The notes under the pieces: model-generated
The model's database searches: none
Told to the model about the DNA's origin: nothing
What the model saw: only the letters and a program-made list of their open reading frames with translations
Shown: positions 51,283 through 63,146 of the stretch, one piece after another
Layout: each line of letters begins with the position of its first letter
Position numbering within the stretch: position 1 is the stretch's first letter
Assembly (NCBI GenBank): GCA_965220015.1
Contig: OZ244798.1
Coordinates: 3,298,063-3,362,062 of the forward strand
DNA: 64,000 nt
Source of the DNA: Chloroflexota bacterium
Lineage (GTDB): Bacteria; Chloroflexota; UBA11872; VXOZ01
Reading direction: 5' to 3'
Program-made: the position numbers and the translations under genes

Positions 51283-51659
51283 ACTATTACCCCCTACGCA
51301 AAGCGTGTCTGCATGCGCCGACTTCGTCGAAGACGCCAAATACTTGGTCTAGTATACCAACTGCGCGTCAATTGCACACGCAGGTATTTTTGCGATTTAA
51401 GGTCTCTCCGTTGCTTTCATGTGCTGACAGCACTCCACGTTTTCCAAGAAGAATGGCCAAACCGTGCGTGCTGAGCCTTCCCGGTCAAATCCTTCACTCC
51501 CGTTCGTGCTGAGCCTGTCGAAGCATGAAAGGAGTCCTGTTGAGTCCTTCCGTGGAGATGATTCGGCCCGCATTTGAATGCTAGACTAGGATACCGCCCA
51601 CGGTTGGCGGTATGATTGGAGAGACAAAAGGCCGTGCAAAACAAGCAAGGGAATGACGT

Positions 51660-52103
51660 ATGAAGGTAGAGGGTACGTTCACGATCAAAGCGGGGAAGGA
51701 CCACGTCTGGGAGCTGTTGCAAGACCCGGACGTGCTCGCGGCGTGCATCCCCGGCTGCGAAAAGCTGGAACCGACCGGCGAGGATACATTTGCGGCGAGC
51801 CTAAACGTGGGCGTGGCCGGCATCAAAGGCCGCTACCAGGGCACGGTGGCGGTGGCCGACCGCGACCCGCCCCACGGCTACCGCATGATCGTGGAAGGCA
51901 AAGGCGGCCCGGGCTTTGTGAAAGGCGAAGGCGCCTTCTCCCTGGTGGAGGACAAGCCGGGCGTCACCACCATCCACGTGGCCGGCGACGCCCAAGCCGG
52001 CGGCACCCTGGCCCGCGTCGGCCAACGCCTCATGCACCAAGCCGCCAAACTGCTCATGAAGCAGTTCTTCACGCGGCTGAACAAAGAGGCTACGGCGCGC
52101 TAG
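51660..52103 (+). CDS. coxG: CoxG/SRPBCC family protein
   Basis: 147 aa, MKVEGTFTIKAGKDHVWELLQDPDVLAACIPGCE is typical of CoxG. Divergent from coxS. Confidence 0.7.
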   Translation: MKVEGTFTIKAGKDHVWELLQDPDVLAACIPGCEKLEPTGEDTFAASLNVGVAGIKGRYQGTVAVADRDPPHGYRMIVEGKGGPGFVKGEGAFSLVEDKPGVTTIHVAGDAQAGGTLARVGQRLMHQAAKLLMKQFFTRLNKEATAR

Positions 52104-52196
52104 TCCAATTGCCAGAGACTAAATGGTTCTTGAGTGTATCGCTGTGATAATGGCCATTTGGAGCCAAGGGCTACAGAAGAGACAGTATGACCAGTT

Positions 52197-52478
52197 TCAG
52201 AGCACTTCATCAATGTGCGACAAGTAAATCGACAGCAGCCACACTTTGTTATTGTCGAAAGTGTAGTAGATAGCTACTGAACTACCAAGAGGAAGATCCA
52301 CCATTGGGATGAACCAAATGGGTGGGTCTTCACTTATTTGGGTTCCAGAAGCAGGATTTCGCGCCAGCGTCCATTCAACGGCTTCTGTGAACTCATCCGC
52401 GCGCAGTGGGTCGTCTTCGATTTTCTTTAGTTCCCGCTCGAAGCGATCTGTGCGGACGATATCACGAAAAACTGGCAT
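52197..52478 (-). CDS. small RelE/ParE-like toxin candidate (cognate of Panacea antitoxin)
   Basis: 93 aa. C-terminal pattern SSVAIYYTFDNNKVWLLSIYLSHIDE resembles RelE/ParE/HigB-fold toxins. 5 bp downstream of the Panacea gene. AT-rich. Confidence 0.45.
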   Translation of the reverse strand: MPVFRDIVRTDRFERELKKIEDDPLRADEFTEAVEWTLARNPASGTQISEDPPIWFIPMVDLPLGSSVAIYYTFDNNKVWLLSIYLSHIDEVL

Positions 52479-52483
52479 GGTAC

Positions 52484-53035
52484 TTATGCAAGGACTTTAT
52501 CCACCTCGTCAACCAGGCTAAGTCCGTATGCAATTTCCTGTTTTGACGGTTCACGTGAACTAATCAGGGCAATACTGTAAGGGATGGTCTCACCTTCGTC
52601 CGCAAGCTGCCAACCGATGAAATTGTGAGAGAAGTCGCTGATCTCTTTGGCGCTTCTGCCCCACCAATTGTCGATGACTTGCCGAACAATATCTATTTCT
52701 TCCGAAGAAAACAACTTGAGATCAGGCCTGCGCAAAGCAAGTGTGCGATTTTGCTCGTAACCGTAGTAATGCTCTGATCTCTCTGCGATCGCTCCCTCCG
52801 ATTGGAGTTCGTCGCGGATCGGCACTAGTCTCGTTGGCGCAGGACCGTTCGGCAAAGCCTGATACTCTGCCCATGTTATCGCATTGCCAAGCCGAAGATA
52901 AGCTAGGAAATCTGAGAGAAATAGCAGTTTATTGAGCTTGACAGCGCCGAAAGAGTCATCGCCTTCCGAACACAGCGCAATGTAGATGAGTAGTTCCTTG
53001 AACTTCCCTTCGTTGGGCACTGAATTCTTGCCCAT
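52484..53035 (-). CDS. Panacea (DUF4065/SocA-like) domain antitoxin candidate
   Basis: KLNKLLFLSDFLAYLRLGNAITWAEYQALPNGPAP matches the Panacea/DUF4065 core. 183 aa. AT-rich islet. Confidence 0.55.
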   Translation of the reverse strand: MGKNSVPNEGKFKELLIYIALCSEGDDSFGAVKLNKLLFLSDFLAYLRLGNAITWAEYQALPNGPAPTRLVPIRDELQSEGAIAERSEHYYGYEQNRTLALRRPDLKLFSSEEIDIVRQVIDNWWGRSAKEISDFSHNFIGWQLADEGETIPYSIALISSREPSKQEIAYGLSLVDEVDKVLA

Positions 53036-53199
53036 CGCTACTACTCCTTTTCTCTAAACCCATTCCTACCTTGAGGATACCACGCATAGAAGCAAACTGT
53101 GGCTGTGCATTTAACAATTCAATCTGGGATCTGAACTGCAATGCTTGTACGTATCGGAAAGCTAGGATTGGCGTAAATCGACGCCAATCCTAGACTCTT

Positions 53200-55056
53200 T
53201 CACGCCTCTGCCAGTGCTTTCGCCTCTTGCACCATGTCGTGGATGATGTCCAGGCCGCCGTGCCAGAAGGCGGGGTCGGCGGTGTTGATGTTGGCGCGTT
53301 GCATGAGTTGGGCGGGAGATTCGCTGCCGCCGGCCGCCAGCATGCCGCGATACACGTCCACGAAGGGCGCGCCTTGCTGTTGATACGCATGGTAGAGCGA
53401 GAGCGAGAGCAGTTCGCCAAAGGGATAGGCGTAGACGTAGAACGGCACGTGGATGAAGTGCGGGATATACGCCCACCAGTGGCGGTAGTTCTCCGTCATC
53501 ACCACAGAATCGCCAAACATCGCCGACTGCTGTTCCAGCCAAATCTCGCCGATAGTCTCCGACGTAAGTTCGCCCTCGCTGCGGCGGCGGGTGTGCAGCC
53601 CGTACTCGAACTGGTGCATCGCCGCCTGCCGGAAGACCGTAGCAAAGGAATCCTCGATCTTCTGCGCCAGCAGAGTCAAGCGTACGCGCGGGTCGGTGGT
53701 GCGTTCCATGAGGAGGTGAAACGTCAGCATCTCCCCGAACGTACTCGCGAGCTCCGCCACCACCAGAGACGTATCGAATTCAAGGTACGATTGCTCGCGG
53801 GAGAGGCGGGCGTGAATGCCGTGGCCGAGTTCGTGGGCCAGCGTCATCACGTCGCGCTGGTTGCCCGTGTAGTTGAGGAAGACGTAGGGGTGCAGGCTCG
53901 GCAAGCACGGCTGGCAGTACGCGCCGCCGCGCTTATTGGGCAAAACGGCGGCATCGACCCACTGCTTCTCAAAGAACTCCCCGGCCAACCCCCCTACTTC
54001 CGGCGAAAAGTCGTGGTAAGCGTCCAATACGAGTGCCTTGGCCTCGGCAAAGTCCACGCCGCCGTCCGGCGGGGGGAATACCGGCGCATAGCGGTCGTAG
54101 TCGTAGAGTTTGCGGTACCCCAGCATGCGGCGCTTGAGGGTGTAGTAGTCGGCGACGATGTCGTAGCGTTGCGTGACCGCGTCGAGCATGGCGTGGGCCG
54201 TGGCGTCGTCAACCTCGTTCGCGAGATTGCGCGACGACATGGGGTCGGGAAAGTCCCGCAGACGATCCTCGATAGCCTTCTCTTGCGCCGCCACGTTGAA
54301 GATGAATGTCAAAATGTGGGCATCGTCTTGCAGCGCCTTGGTCATCGCCACCTGGGCGCGCCGCCGCACGCCGCGGTCCTCGTGGTAGAGCAGCGCCAAA
54401 ATCTCGGTCTCGTTCATCTCTTTGCGCTCGCCGTCGACCGTCATGGTCTGCCGCAGCCGGCTGGTGCGCTCGTCAAAGAGCCGCTGAAAAGCGCTGATGC
54501 CGGTGAGGCGCTTCTCCGCGTCGAGCTTTTCCTCGGCCTCGGTGAGCGTGTGGGGCGCGAAGGCCCGTTCCTGCCGCAAGGAGTGCGCGTACCGCGCCAG
54601 CGGCGGGTGCGCCAGGATGCGCTCGGCAAAGGCGTCGTCCGCCTGCCGCCACTCCACGTCGAAGAAGAGCAGCGCGTTCTGCACCGCGGTGACCTGCTCC
54701 TCGGTGCGCTGGAGCAACGCCCCGTGCGCCGGATCGGCCGTGTCTACCGAGAATACCAAGTGCGCGTACATGATGGCCTTATGGCCGCACATGAAGATCC
54801 GCTCGATCTCCTCAACTGCCGCGACGAATTCATCCGGAGTGATTTCGCCTGCGGCAACACGGCCTCTGTTCGTTTTCTGGAACGCCTGCGCTTGCTCTAG
54901 CGCGGCCTTGAAATCAGCCTCTATCGCCGGATCATCCGGCCCGGCGTAAAGGTCTGCTAAGTCCCAGCGGACCGACTCCGCGCCGGTGTCCTGCTTGGTG
55001 TTCGTCGCTGAATGTGTTTCGGCCACGTGGTCTTGCTCCCCTTTCATGATCGTCAT
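53200..55056 (-). CDS. pepF: M3 family oligoendopeptidase F
   Basis: HELGHGIH zinc motif plus downstream Glu. M3B architecture. About 618 aa from MTIMKGEQ. Confidence 0.8.
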   Translation of the reverse strand: MTIMKGEQDHVAETHSATNTKQDTGAESVRWDLADLYAGPDDPAIEADFKAALEQAQAFQKTNRGRVAAGEITPDEFVAAVEEIERIFMCGHKAIMYAHLVFSVDTADPAHGALLQRTEEQVTAVQNALLFFDVEWRQADDAFAERILAHPPLARYAHSLRQERAFAPHTLTEAEEKLDAEKRLTGISAFQRLFDERTSRLRQTMTVDGERKEMNETEILALLYHEDRGVRRRAQVAMTKALQDDAHILTFIFNVAAQEKAIEDRLRDFPDPMSSRNLANEVDDATAHAMLDAVTQRYDIVADYYTLKRRMLGYRKLYDYDRYAPVFPPPDGGVDFAEAKALVLDAYHDFSPEVGGLAGEFFEKQWVDAAVLPNKRGGAYCQPCLPSLHPYVFLNYTGNQRDVMTLAHELGHGIHARLSREQSYLEFDTSLVVAELASTFGEMLTFHLLMERTTDPRVRLTLLAQKIEDSFATVFRQAAMHQFEYGLHTRRRSEGELTSETIGEIWLEQQSAMFGDSVVMTENYRHWWAYIPHFIHVPFYVYAYPFGELLSLSLYHAYQQQGAPFVDVYRGMLAAGGSESPAQLMQRANINTADPAFWHGGLDIIHDMVQEAKALAEA

Positions 55057-55384
55057 GCACGAGCGCGTTAGCCGGTGCACCTAAACTACATACTGTTGCG
55101 TCTACCTAATCCAGCTGCTACGACCGAGAAAGTCGTACGCTATTCCGTTAAGTCTCCGTTTCTCTATTCTCGGAGTGTCAAAGACTAGGCATATTGTGAA
55201 TAGTTGTTTGATATGAAATAATCTACTAAAGACCTAATACCTTATTCCTCAGATACCCGGATTCTGGAAAGCTGCACGTGAGCTTAGGTGCTCACAGTTC
55301 GAGTGTAGCAACGTGGAGTTCTGGGGACAATTACGGCACCCGTGATATAGTTTAAGGAACGTGTGCGCCAAAGAGGAAACCATC

Positions 55385-55597
55385 ATGGAAGACTTTGAGT
55401 TTTTTGCCTCACTAGCAATTACAGTCGTCGCCATAGCAGGGCTATTGTGGCGATTTGAGGTGCGATTCTCCGATCTGTCTGACCGTGTGTCCCGCATTGA
55501 GGGCAGGCTTGAAGGCTTTGCCACCAAAGCCGACATAGCCCACATGGAAGGCCTACTTGAGGGATACCTGTTCCAAGCGAGTAAGAAAGAGGACTAG
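55385..55597 (+). CDS. small TM plus coiled-coil protein (DUF1640-like), paralog of 22191..22433
   Basis: agaggaaa RBS. N-terminal TM FFASLAITVVAIAGLLW, then RIEGRLEGFATKADIAHMEGLLEG sharing the ATKADIA motif. AT-rich flanks. Confidence 0.4.
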   Translation: MEDFEFFASLAITVVAIAGLLWRFEVRFSDLSDRVSRIEGRLEGFATKADIAHMEGLLEGYLFQASKKED

Positions 55598-55800
55598 TAG
55601 GCCAGCAACATTGTAATGACGGGCAATTGTCTGTGGTGGTACTTCCCGGCAGCGCGGGAAGCAGGCGCAGGTTGCAAACCTGCGCTACCGGAGTGCAACT
55701 GGCTCACTTTGCGATTCACTTCAACCTCTTCCCGCGCTTGCTGCCGATGGATGCCGACTTTCGCCGGAATGACGGTGTTACTTCTGCACGCAGCAAAACC

Positions 55801-57591
<1,791 letters not shown>

Positions 57592-58065
57592 TGAATGAGT
57601 GCTCGTACCAACGCCGAATTCAGATGGGCTGTGTTGCGCCACGCAAGGGTCAGAAGCTGTGGTCTCTTTTGTCTGCTGTGCCAATTGAGAGGAAGAGTCC
57701 TGCCAACTTGCCATCGTTCATTGTATCAAATGTCGACTCCCCGCCTGCACGTTGCCTTGATGAGATTGGGATTCATCTGCGCCAGCCCTTAATCGGGCGC
57801 AAGCCGGAGTTCAAGGAGGCGCCGACACTTCACCAACCGCCACAGGCTGCGGCGGGCAATACATTGACAAGACGGGGAGCACGTCCTCTCGCTCCAGCGG
57901 AAGAAAAGTGACCGGAAAACCGGTCGAATTACCGGTCAAGACGCGAAAACCACGCCTGCTCTTCCCCAAAGAGAATTGAGCTTGACACTAGGCAGAGTCG
58001 GTTCTACCATCATAGTCAGGCGAATCTGCAATCTTCCTCAGTTTATTGCCCCCGAGGACAGCACC

Positions 58066-58944
58066 ATGGCACAGGTACAGGAACAAGCGACCGCCACGGA
58101 ACTCAAGTTTGACGAACACGAGGACCAGCAGTACAAGGAAGAGCTCTACCGCTACGACAATTGCGCCACCGGGGTTGCGAGCATCGACGACTTCTCCGAT
58201 GAGCACGTCACGTTCTTTCGCGAGACGGGCTATCTCGTGATTCAGCATGTGTTCGAGCCTGTGGAAATCGAAGAAGCGCTGGTGGGCTTCACCAACCTCG
58301 TGATCGGTAAGTACCCCGACTTTCGGGGAGTGCAGTTCGAGTCCGGTTCCAAGAACTATGTTCGCACCTTAACCCCAAAGCAGCAGCTCGATTGCGTGCG
58401 CAAGCTGCAGCACTTCGTGGAGTGGGAACCGCGCATGAAGGCCATGTCCGAACACCCCAACCTACAACGCGTCGTGCGTTGCTTGCTTGAGGCCGAACCG
58501 GAGCTTTTTGCGGACCAGGCCCTGAGCAAGCCGCCCGGCATCGGGCGGGAGAAGCCCTGGCACCAAGACCACGCCTTCTTCAATCTGCCGATGGGCACGC
58601 CGATTGTGGGTACCTGGACCGCGCTGGATGCAGCCACGCTCGAAAATGGCTGCATGCACGTGAAGCCCGGCACTCATAAAGAAGGGCCGGTGGTGCACTT
58701 TCGCCGGCGGGACTGGCAGATTTGCGACGACCACCTCGACCTCAACCGTGACGTAGCCGTGCCGCTCCTACCCGGCGGCGTGCTCTTCTTCGACGGTCTC
58801 ATGCACCACGGCACACCGGCAAACCGCAGCGAGAGCCGGCGCCGAGCGCTCCAATTCCACTTCATTCCGGCAGACACCGAGCGCATAGGCCAGGAAGAAC
58901 GCATGGCAGTATTTGGGAGCGAGGGTAAGGACGTCGATTGCTAG
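58066..58944 (+). CDS. phytanoyl-CoA dioxygenase (PhyH) family Fe(II)/2OG oxygenase
   Basis: HQDHAFF (HxD) and distal His (LMHHGTPAN) facial-triad pattern. ATG at 58066. Confidence 0.7.
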   Translation: MAQVQEQATATELKFDEHEDQQYKEELYRYDNCATGVASIDDFSDEHVTFFRETGYLVIQHVFEPVEIEEALVGFTNLVIGKYPDFRGVQFESGSKNYVRTLTPKQQLDCVRKLQHFVEWEPRMKAMSEHPNLQRVVRCLLEAEPELFADQALSKPPGIGREKPWHQDHAFFNLPMGTPIVGTWTALDAATLENGCMHVKPGTHKEGPVVHFRRRDWQICDDHLDLNRDVAVPLLPGGVLFFDGLMHHGTPANRSESRRRALQFHFIPADTERIGQEERMAVFGSEGKDVDC

Positions 58945-59115
58945 TCGCGCCCCAAACCAGATTACGTAGCGCGCGCAGCTTCACGTCATGCATGTATCGG
59001 ATTTGGAATCTCCGTGTTCTCCCCGCGATAGCAAGTCTCAGACAGAGCCAGTAGTGTAGAAATCTCTGCGCCAACTTTGTGGCGTAGCGGCTGGAATCGA
59101 GCGGAACAGAGGCAC

Positions 59116-61752
59116 ATGGCGGCAGTATTGCAGAGACACCCCGTGCGCACCACGGCGTATGCCGTAATTCTTGTCCTTTTGGCAGCATTCTATGCGCTGC
59201 GCTTCGCTGCCTTTGCCACAACTGGTGAGGCTGCGTACGGTCTTGCACTAGTCCTGACGGCGGCGTTCGCGCTGGTTGCCGGCGCGCTCGCGTTGCAGCA
59301 ATTCCTGGCAGTGCGGCGCGATGCCTTCTTGCTCGTGAGTGCGGGCCTGTGGATTGCCGCCGCGTTGCATCTCTATCACTTTGCCGCGTTCGCTGGCGTG
59401 CTTGGTTCCGCAGAATCCACAGTTGCCACGGCCTCGGCGCTACGGGGCGCGTTGCTGCCAACGCTCTTTTTCAGCCTATTCCTGTGCTTGAGTCTGCTCG
59501 CGAACAGGCAAGACCGTCCTTCAGCCGCACAACCGGGTGGCGTCTTTCTAGCCGCCGCCACGCTTGCCTTCATCGTAACGGTTGCGGCTCTGGTCTTCCC
59601 CTTACCGCAACCCGCCAGCATAGTAATTGCGCTGGGGCAGCCACTTGTGCCGCTCACTGCCCAATTGGACTTACTTCTGGCGGCCGCACTTGCCCTAGTG
59701 GGTATTGGCGCCAGCATGCGGAGCGGCAGTTGGCGCATTGACCCCTTCTCCCGCTGGGTCCTGCTGTCTTTCGTCATTACTTTGGTTGCGCTGGCGCGCT
59801 TTCCACTCGTCTATGTCTGGCCGTCTGAATTGCTTCTTCTGTTTGGGCACGCAGTGGTCTTGGTGAGTTACGTCTGCGTTGCCATGGGCATCATCGCAAG
59901 AGCTACTGTCACCACGCCGGCTGCCGCGACGGCACCCGCCGCAAGCCGGGCTGCGCCAGGGCCCTCCCCACTTTCACGCGATGTGGAGGACACGCCCGTG
60001 CGCGCGCCGGCACTCGCCCTGCGCGAACTGCAAGCCAACCATCGCGCGTTGCGCAACGCCACCGACGGCTTGCTCATCGGCGTGCGCAGCGACGGCACGA
60101 TTACGGACTGGAAACTCGCAGCCGATTTCGGTCCCACTGCCATGCCGAGCGATGTCTTGGGCAAGAACATCCGTGAGGTACTGCCGGCCGACCAAGCCGA
60201 AGCCATCGTGGCCGCCGTTGCGCAAGCGCTGCAAGTGGGCAAGACGGAAGAACTGCAATACGCTGCAGCCGACGGCAGTGTGGCGCTAGGCGGCTACGTG
60301 GCTCCGCACACCGACGGCCAGGCGCTGTGCGTCATGCGGGACCACACCGCGCATGCCCGGGCGCTCCATGAGCTAGAGGAATTGCGAAGTGCGGCAGAGT
60401 CCCTGCGGCGCGTGACGGGGGATTGGCTCATCCGCATGACGCCCACGGGTACAATTCAAGACCTGCAACCGCCCGCAGCAGAGTTGGCGGCGTTTGGGGA
60501 CATGTTCGCCGGCAAGCGCCTGCAAGACGTCTTCCAGGGCGATGACGTAACGCCGCTGGTGGCCGCGGCGGAGGCGGCATTGGCGAGCGGTGAGGTGCAA
60601 GAACTTTCCTTCTTGCGTCAGAGCGGTCAGGTCCTGGCCGTGCGCGTCGCAAACTATGCGAAGGACTCTGCGCTGTGCCTGCTGCGCGACACTACCGAAC
60701 TCAATGAGGCCACGGCTCAGCTCCAGGAGAGCGAGGAGACAAACCAGGAGCTACGCGCGCACCTGGAGCGGTTGACGACTGAACAGTCAACCGCCCTAGA
60801 CATTGCGGAATCATCTGTGCGTGTCCTGCAAGAACTCTTGCCCGATCTCGTGCTCCGCGTACGCGCCGACGGGACAATTCTGGAGTGCAAGCCCGGCGAG
60901 AGCTTTGGACCGCGCGAGGTGGACGGCGTCGTTGGCGCCAAGGTCCGAGAGGTATTGCCGGTAGACCTGGCGTCGCAGATGATGGCGGCTATCGAGCGCG
61001 TACAGAACGCTGGACAGCCGCAGCGTTTCACGTGCCATCCGGTTGGCGGACAGGTGCTCGCGGGCGGCATCGCGGCGCTGGTAGCCGACCAGTTCCTGTG
61101 CGTCGTGCGCGACCAGACCCAGCAGAAGCAGATGGAGACGGCCCTGGCGCAGCAGGCGGCAGTCTTGGCTCAGGAGATGCAGGTAAAGCTCGAGGAACAG
61201 TCGTTGCGCGCGCTACGCACAGAGAATGATGTCTTGCGAGCACACTTGCTGCGTGTCGCACAGCTTGCCTTGGAAGTCGGCACCGGCACTGCGCCCGCGG
61301 ATGCTACATCCGAGGCGGGCAGCAAACCCGCTGCCAGGGCCTTAGAAGACAGCGGCGAAACCCAGGATACCGCTCAACCGGCGGCAACAGCGAGCGGCCA
61401 GGCCGTTCCTGCGCCGGCACACACCCAGGAAGAGCCCGCTACGCCGCCTGCTGCGCCTACCTCACCGCCTACGCAGGCAGCAAGCGACCCGGATTCGTCT
61501 CTGCCGGATAAGTCCCGCGAAGTCGACACGCTAGCCAACGGCGAATCTGTGCGGCACGGCGCGGAGGCCGGCACTGACGGCTCGCCGCGAAACAGCGCGG
61601 GCAGTCCAGCAGCCGAGACAGCAACCCAGGCTAAGACCGCTGTGGCAACCAAAGCAGAAACGCGCCTAAACCCAACCGTGACGGACAACGGGCAGCAAGA
61701 GAATAATGCTATGACTAACGGAGAACCGACGGAGGAGGATCGGCCTGCCTAA
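59116..61752 (+). CDS. integral membrane protein with three PAS-like repeats and Ala/Pro/Thr-rich disordered C-terminus (no output domain)
   Basis: 6-8 N-terminal TM helices. Three similar modules (LLIGVRSDGTITDW.., WLIRMTPTGTIQDL.., LVLRVRADGTILEC..) with coiled-coil linkers. ATG at 59116 after agagg. Confidence 0.55.
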   Translation: MAAVLQRHPVRTTAYAVILVLLAAFYALRFAAFATTGEAAYGLALVLTAAFALVAGALALQQFLAVRRDAFLLVSAGLWIAAALHLYHFAAFAGVLGSAESTVATASALRGALLPTLFFSLFLCLSLLANRQDRPSAAQPGGVFLAAATLAFIVTVAALVFPLPQPASIVIALGQPLVPLTAQLDLLLAAALALVGIGASMRSGSWRIDPFSRWVLLSFVITLVALARFPLVYVWPSELLLLFGHAVVLVSYVCVAMGIIARATVTTPAAATAPAASRAAPGPSPLSRDVEDTPVRAPALALRELQANHRALRNATDGLLIGVRSDGTITDWKLAADFGPTAMPSDVLGKNIREVLPADQAEAIVAAVAQALQVGKTEELQYAAADGSVALGGYVAPHTDGQALCVMRDHTAHARALHELEELRSAAESLRRVTGDWLIRMTPTGTIQDLQPPAAELAAFGDMFAGKRLQDVFQGDDVTPLVAAAEAALASGEVQELSFLRQSGQVLAVRVANYAKDSALCLLRDTTELNEATAQLQESEETNQELRAHLERLTTEQSTALDIAESSVRVLQELLPDLVLRVRADGTILECKPGESFGPREVDGVVGAKVREVLPVDLASQMMAAIERVQNAGQPQRFTCHPVGGQVLAGGIAALVADQFLCVVRDQTQQKQMETALAQQAAVLAQEMQVKLEEQSLRALRTENDVLRAHLLRVAQLALEVGTGTAPADATSEAGSKPAARALEDSGETQDTAQPAATASGQAVPAPAHTQEEPATPPAAPTSPPTQAASDPDSSLPDKSREVDTLANGESVRHGAEAGTDGSPRNSAGSPAAETATQAKTAVATKAETRLNPTVTDNGQQENNAMTNGEPTEEDRPA

Positions 61753-61841
61753 ACGAGGACGATAGGAGCATCAAGAGTGCTGCGCCGGGAAGACATCCGC
61801 GGCAGCATTGACCTTTAGCAGTAATACGAGGAGAAGCAACA

Positions 61842-62786
61842 ATGCAATTGGCGTTACATTCGGTGAGCTACGCAGGCGTGTGGCCGGGTCAGGAACGGCT
61901 GACGCTCGAAGAATTCCTCCCCCGCGCAGCGGCGCTGGGATTCACAGGCGTGATGCTTGTCGCCAAGCGACCGCATCTCTCGCTGCTCGATTACCCGTCC
62001 CATCAGCCTGAGAAACGGGAAGCCGTACGGGGGCTGCTGGCAGAACACGGCCTCAGCGTGCACTCGCTGGCGGGCTATAACGACTTTACCGTTGGTCCCG
62101 AACGGCCCGACGTGCCTTTCTGGGAACACCAGATCGTCTACATTGCTGAACTGGCGGCTTTGGCCCGCGATCTCGATTGTCCCGCAATTCGCATCTTTAC
62201 CGGCTACGAGCGTGACGGCGTGTCCTACGACGCGGGTTGGACCAGCGTCGTCACCGGCTTGCGCGAGGCGGCGCGGCTCGCCGCGGACTTTGGCGTTGTG
62301 CTTACCGTGCAGAACCACCACGACATCGCCGTCGATTACGAGAGCATGTATCAACTGCTCTCCGAAGTAGACCATCCCAATTGCCGGGCGGCCTTCGACG
62401 CCTGGTCGCCGGCCGTGCAGGGCTTACACGGCGACGAACTGGCCGCAGCCGTACGCCGCATGGCCCCCTTCATGGCGTACACGACGGTCGCCGACTACGT
62501 GGCCCTGCCGCGTTACCGGTACGAACCGGCGCTCGTGAATTACGTAGAAGAAGCCCCCCGCATGTTGGGCGTGCCCTTGGGCGAGGGCTTGATTGACTAC
62601 GCTACGTTTTTCGACACACTCATCGCAACGGGCTACACCGGCACGGTGGCGTACGAGATGTGCTCCTCCCTGCGCGACGGCGGCAACCTGGACAACCTGG
62701 ATGCCTACGCGCAGCAATTCAAGGACTACATGGCGCCGTACGTGGAGAAGGCAAACGCCGACTTCACTGCATCAGTTGCGCGTTAG
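61842..62786 (+). CDS. sugar phosphate isomerase/epimerase (xylose-isomerase-like TIM barrel)
   Basis: AP-endo-2/XylA-like TIM signature (LTVQNHHD, Glu/His metal ligands). RBS gaggagaag. Confidence 0.75.
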   Translation: MQLALHSVSYAGVWPGQERLTLEEFLPRAAALGFTGVMLVAKRPHLSLLDYPSHQPEKREAVRGLLAEHGLSVHSLAGYNDFTVGPERPDVPFWEHQIVYIAELAALARDLDCPAIRIFTGYERDGVSYDAGWTSVVTGLREAARLAADFGVVLTVQNHHDIAVDYESMYQLLSEVDHPNCRAAFDAWSPAVQGLHGDELAAAVRRMAPFMAYTTVADYVALPRYRYEPALVNYVEEAPRMLGVPLGEGLIDYATFFDTLIATGYTGTVAYEMCSSLRDGGNLDNLDAYAQQFKDYMAPYVEKANADFTASVAR

Positions 62787-62866
62787 GCGCTGGCTCAGTG
62801 GGGCGTAGGAGTTCTTGCCAGCCAACGCTCTAGAGCCACGCGGCGGTTACAATTCTGGCTCGATAC

Positions 62867-63146
62867 GTAGGGGCACGACATGTCGTGCCCCTACCTTCAC
62901 ATCAGTGCGACGGTTTGCCCTCTTTACGTCCACTACGGGTTTGGCGCTCGGGGATAAAGCGAAGATGGATTCCCGCTTTCGCGGGAATGACGGACTACTG
63001 CAAGTCCTTCTCCGACGTAGCGCGGGGGCTTGTCGCCCGCTCTTGGTTTACGATCAGAGTGCCCAGACTGGCGGATTCTCGCCCACGTGGAAAAGATGGA
63101 CTATAGCAACGCCTTCTCCGACGTAGCGCGGGGGCTTGTCCCCCGC
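62867..63146. repeat. REP cluster (BIME-like): family-D palindrome, family-C element, and two family-A elements within a 107-bp direct duplication
   Basis: Family D at 62867-62894, family C at 62961-62993. Family A (gtagcgcgggggcttgtc[g/c]cccgc) at 63017-63040 and 63123-63146, with repeated flanking ccttctccgac. Confidence 0.75.

Noticed and set aside
51653-52147. 164-aa Arg/Gly/Pro-rich ORF overlapping coxG in another frame
   Set aside because: Low-complexity RG-rich translation typical of off-frame high-GC DNA. The coxG frame has clear family features.
57592-57714. 41-codon N-terminal extension of lepA from ATG 57714
   Set aside because: Low-complexity, non-conserved. The conserved LepA N-terminus (FIRNFCIIAHIDHGKST) begins right after an in-frame GTG at 57591. 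Extension kept only as an alternative.
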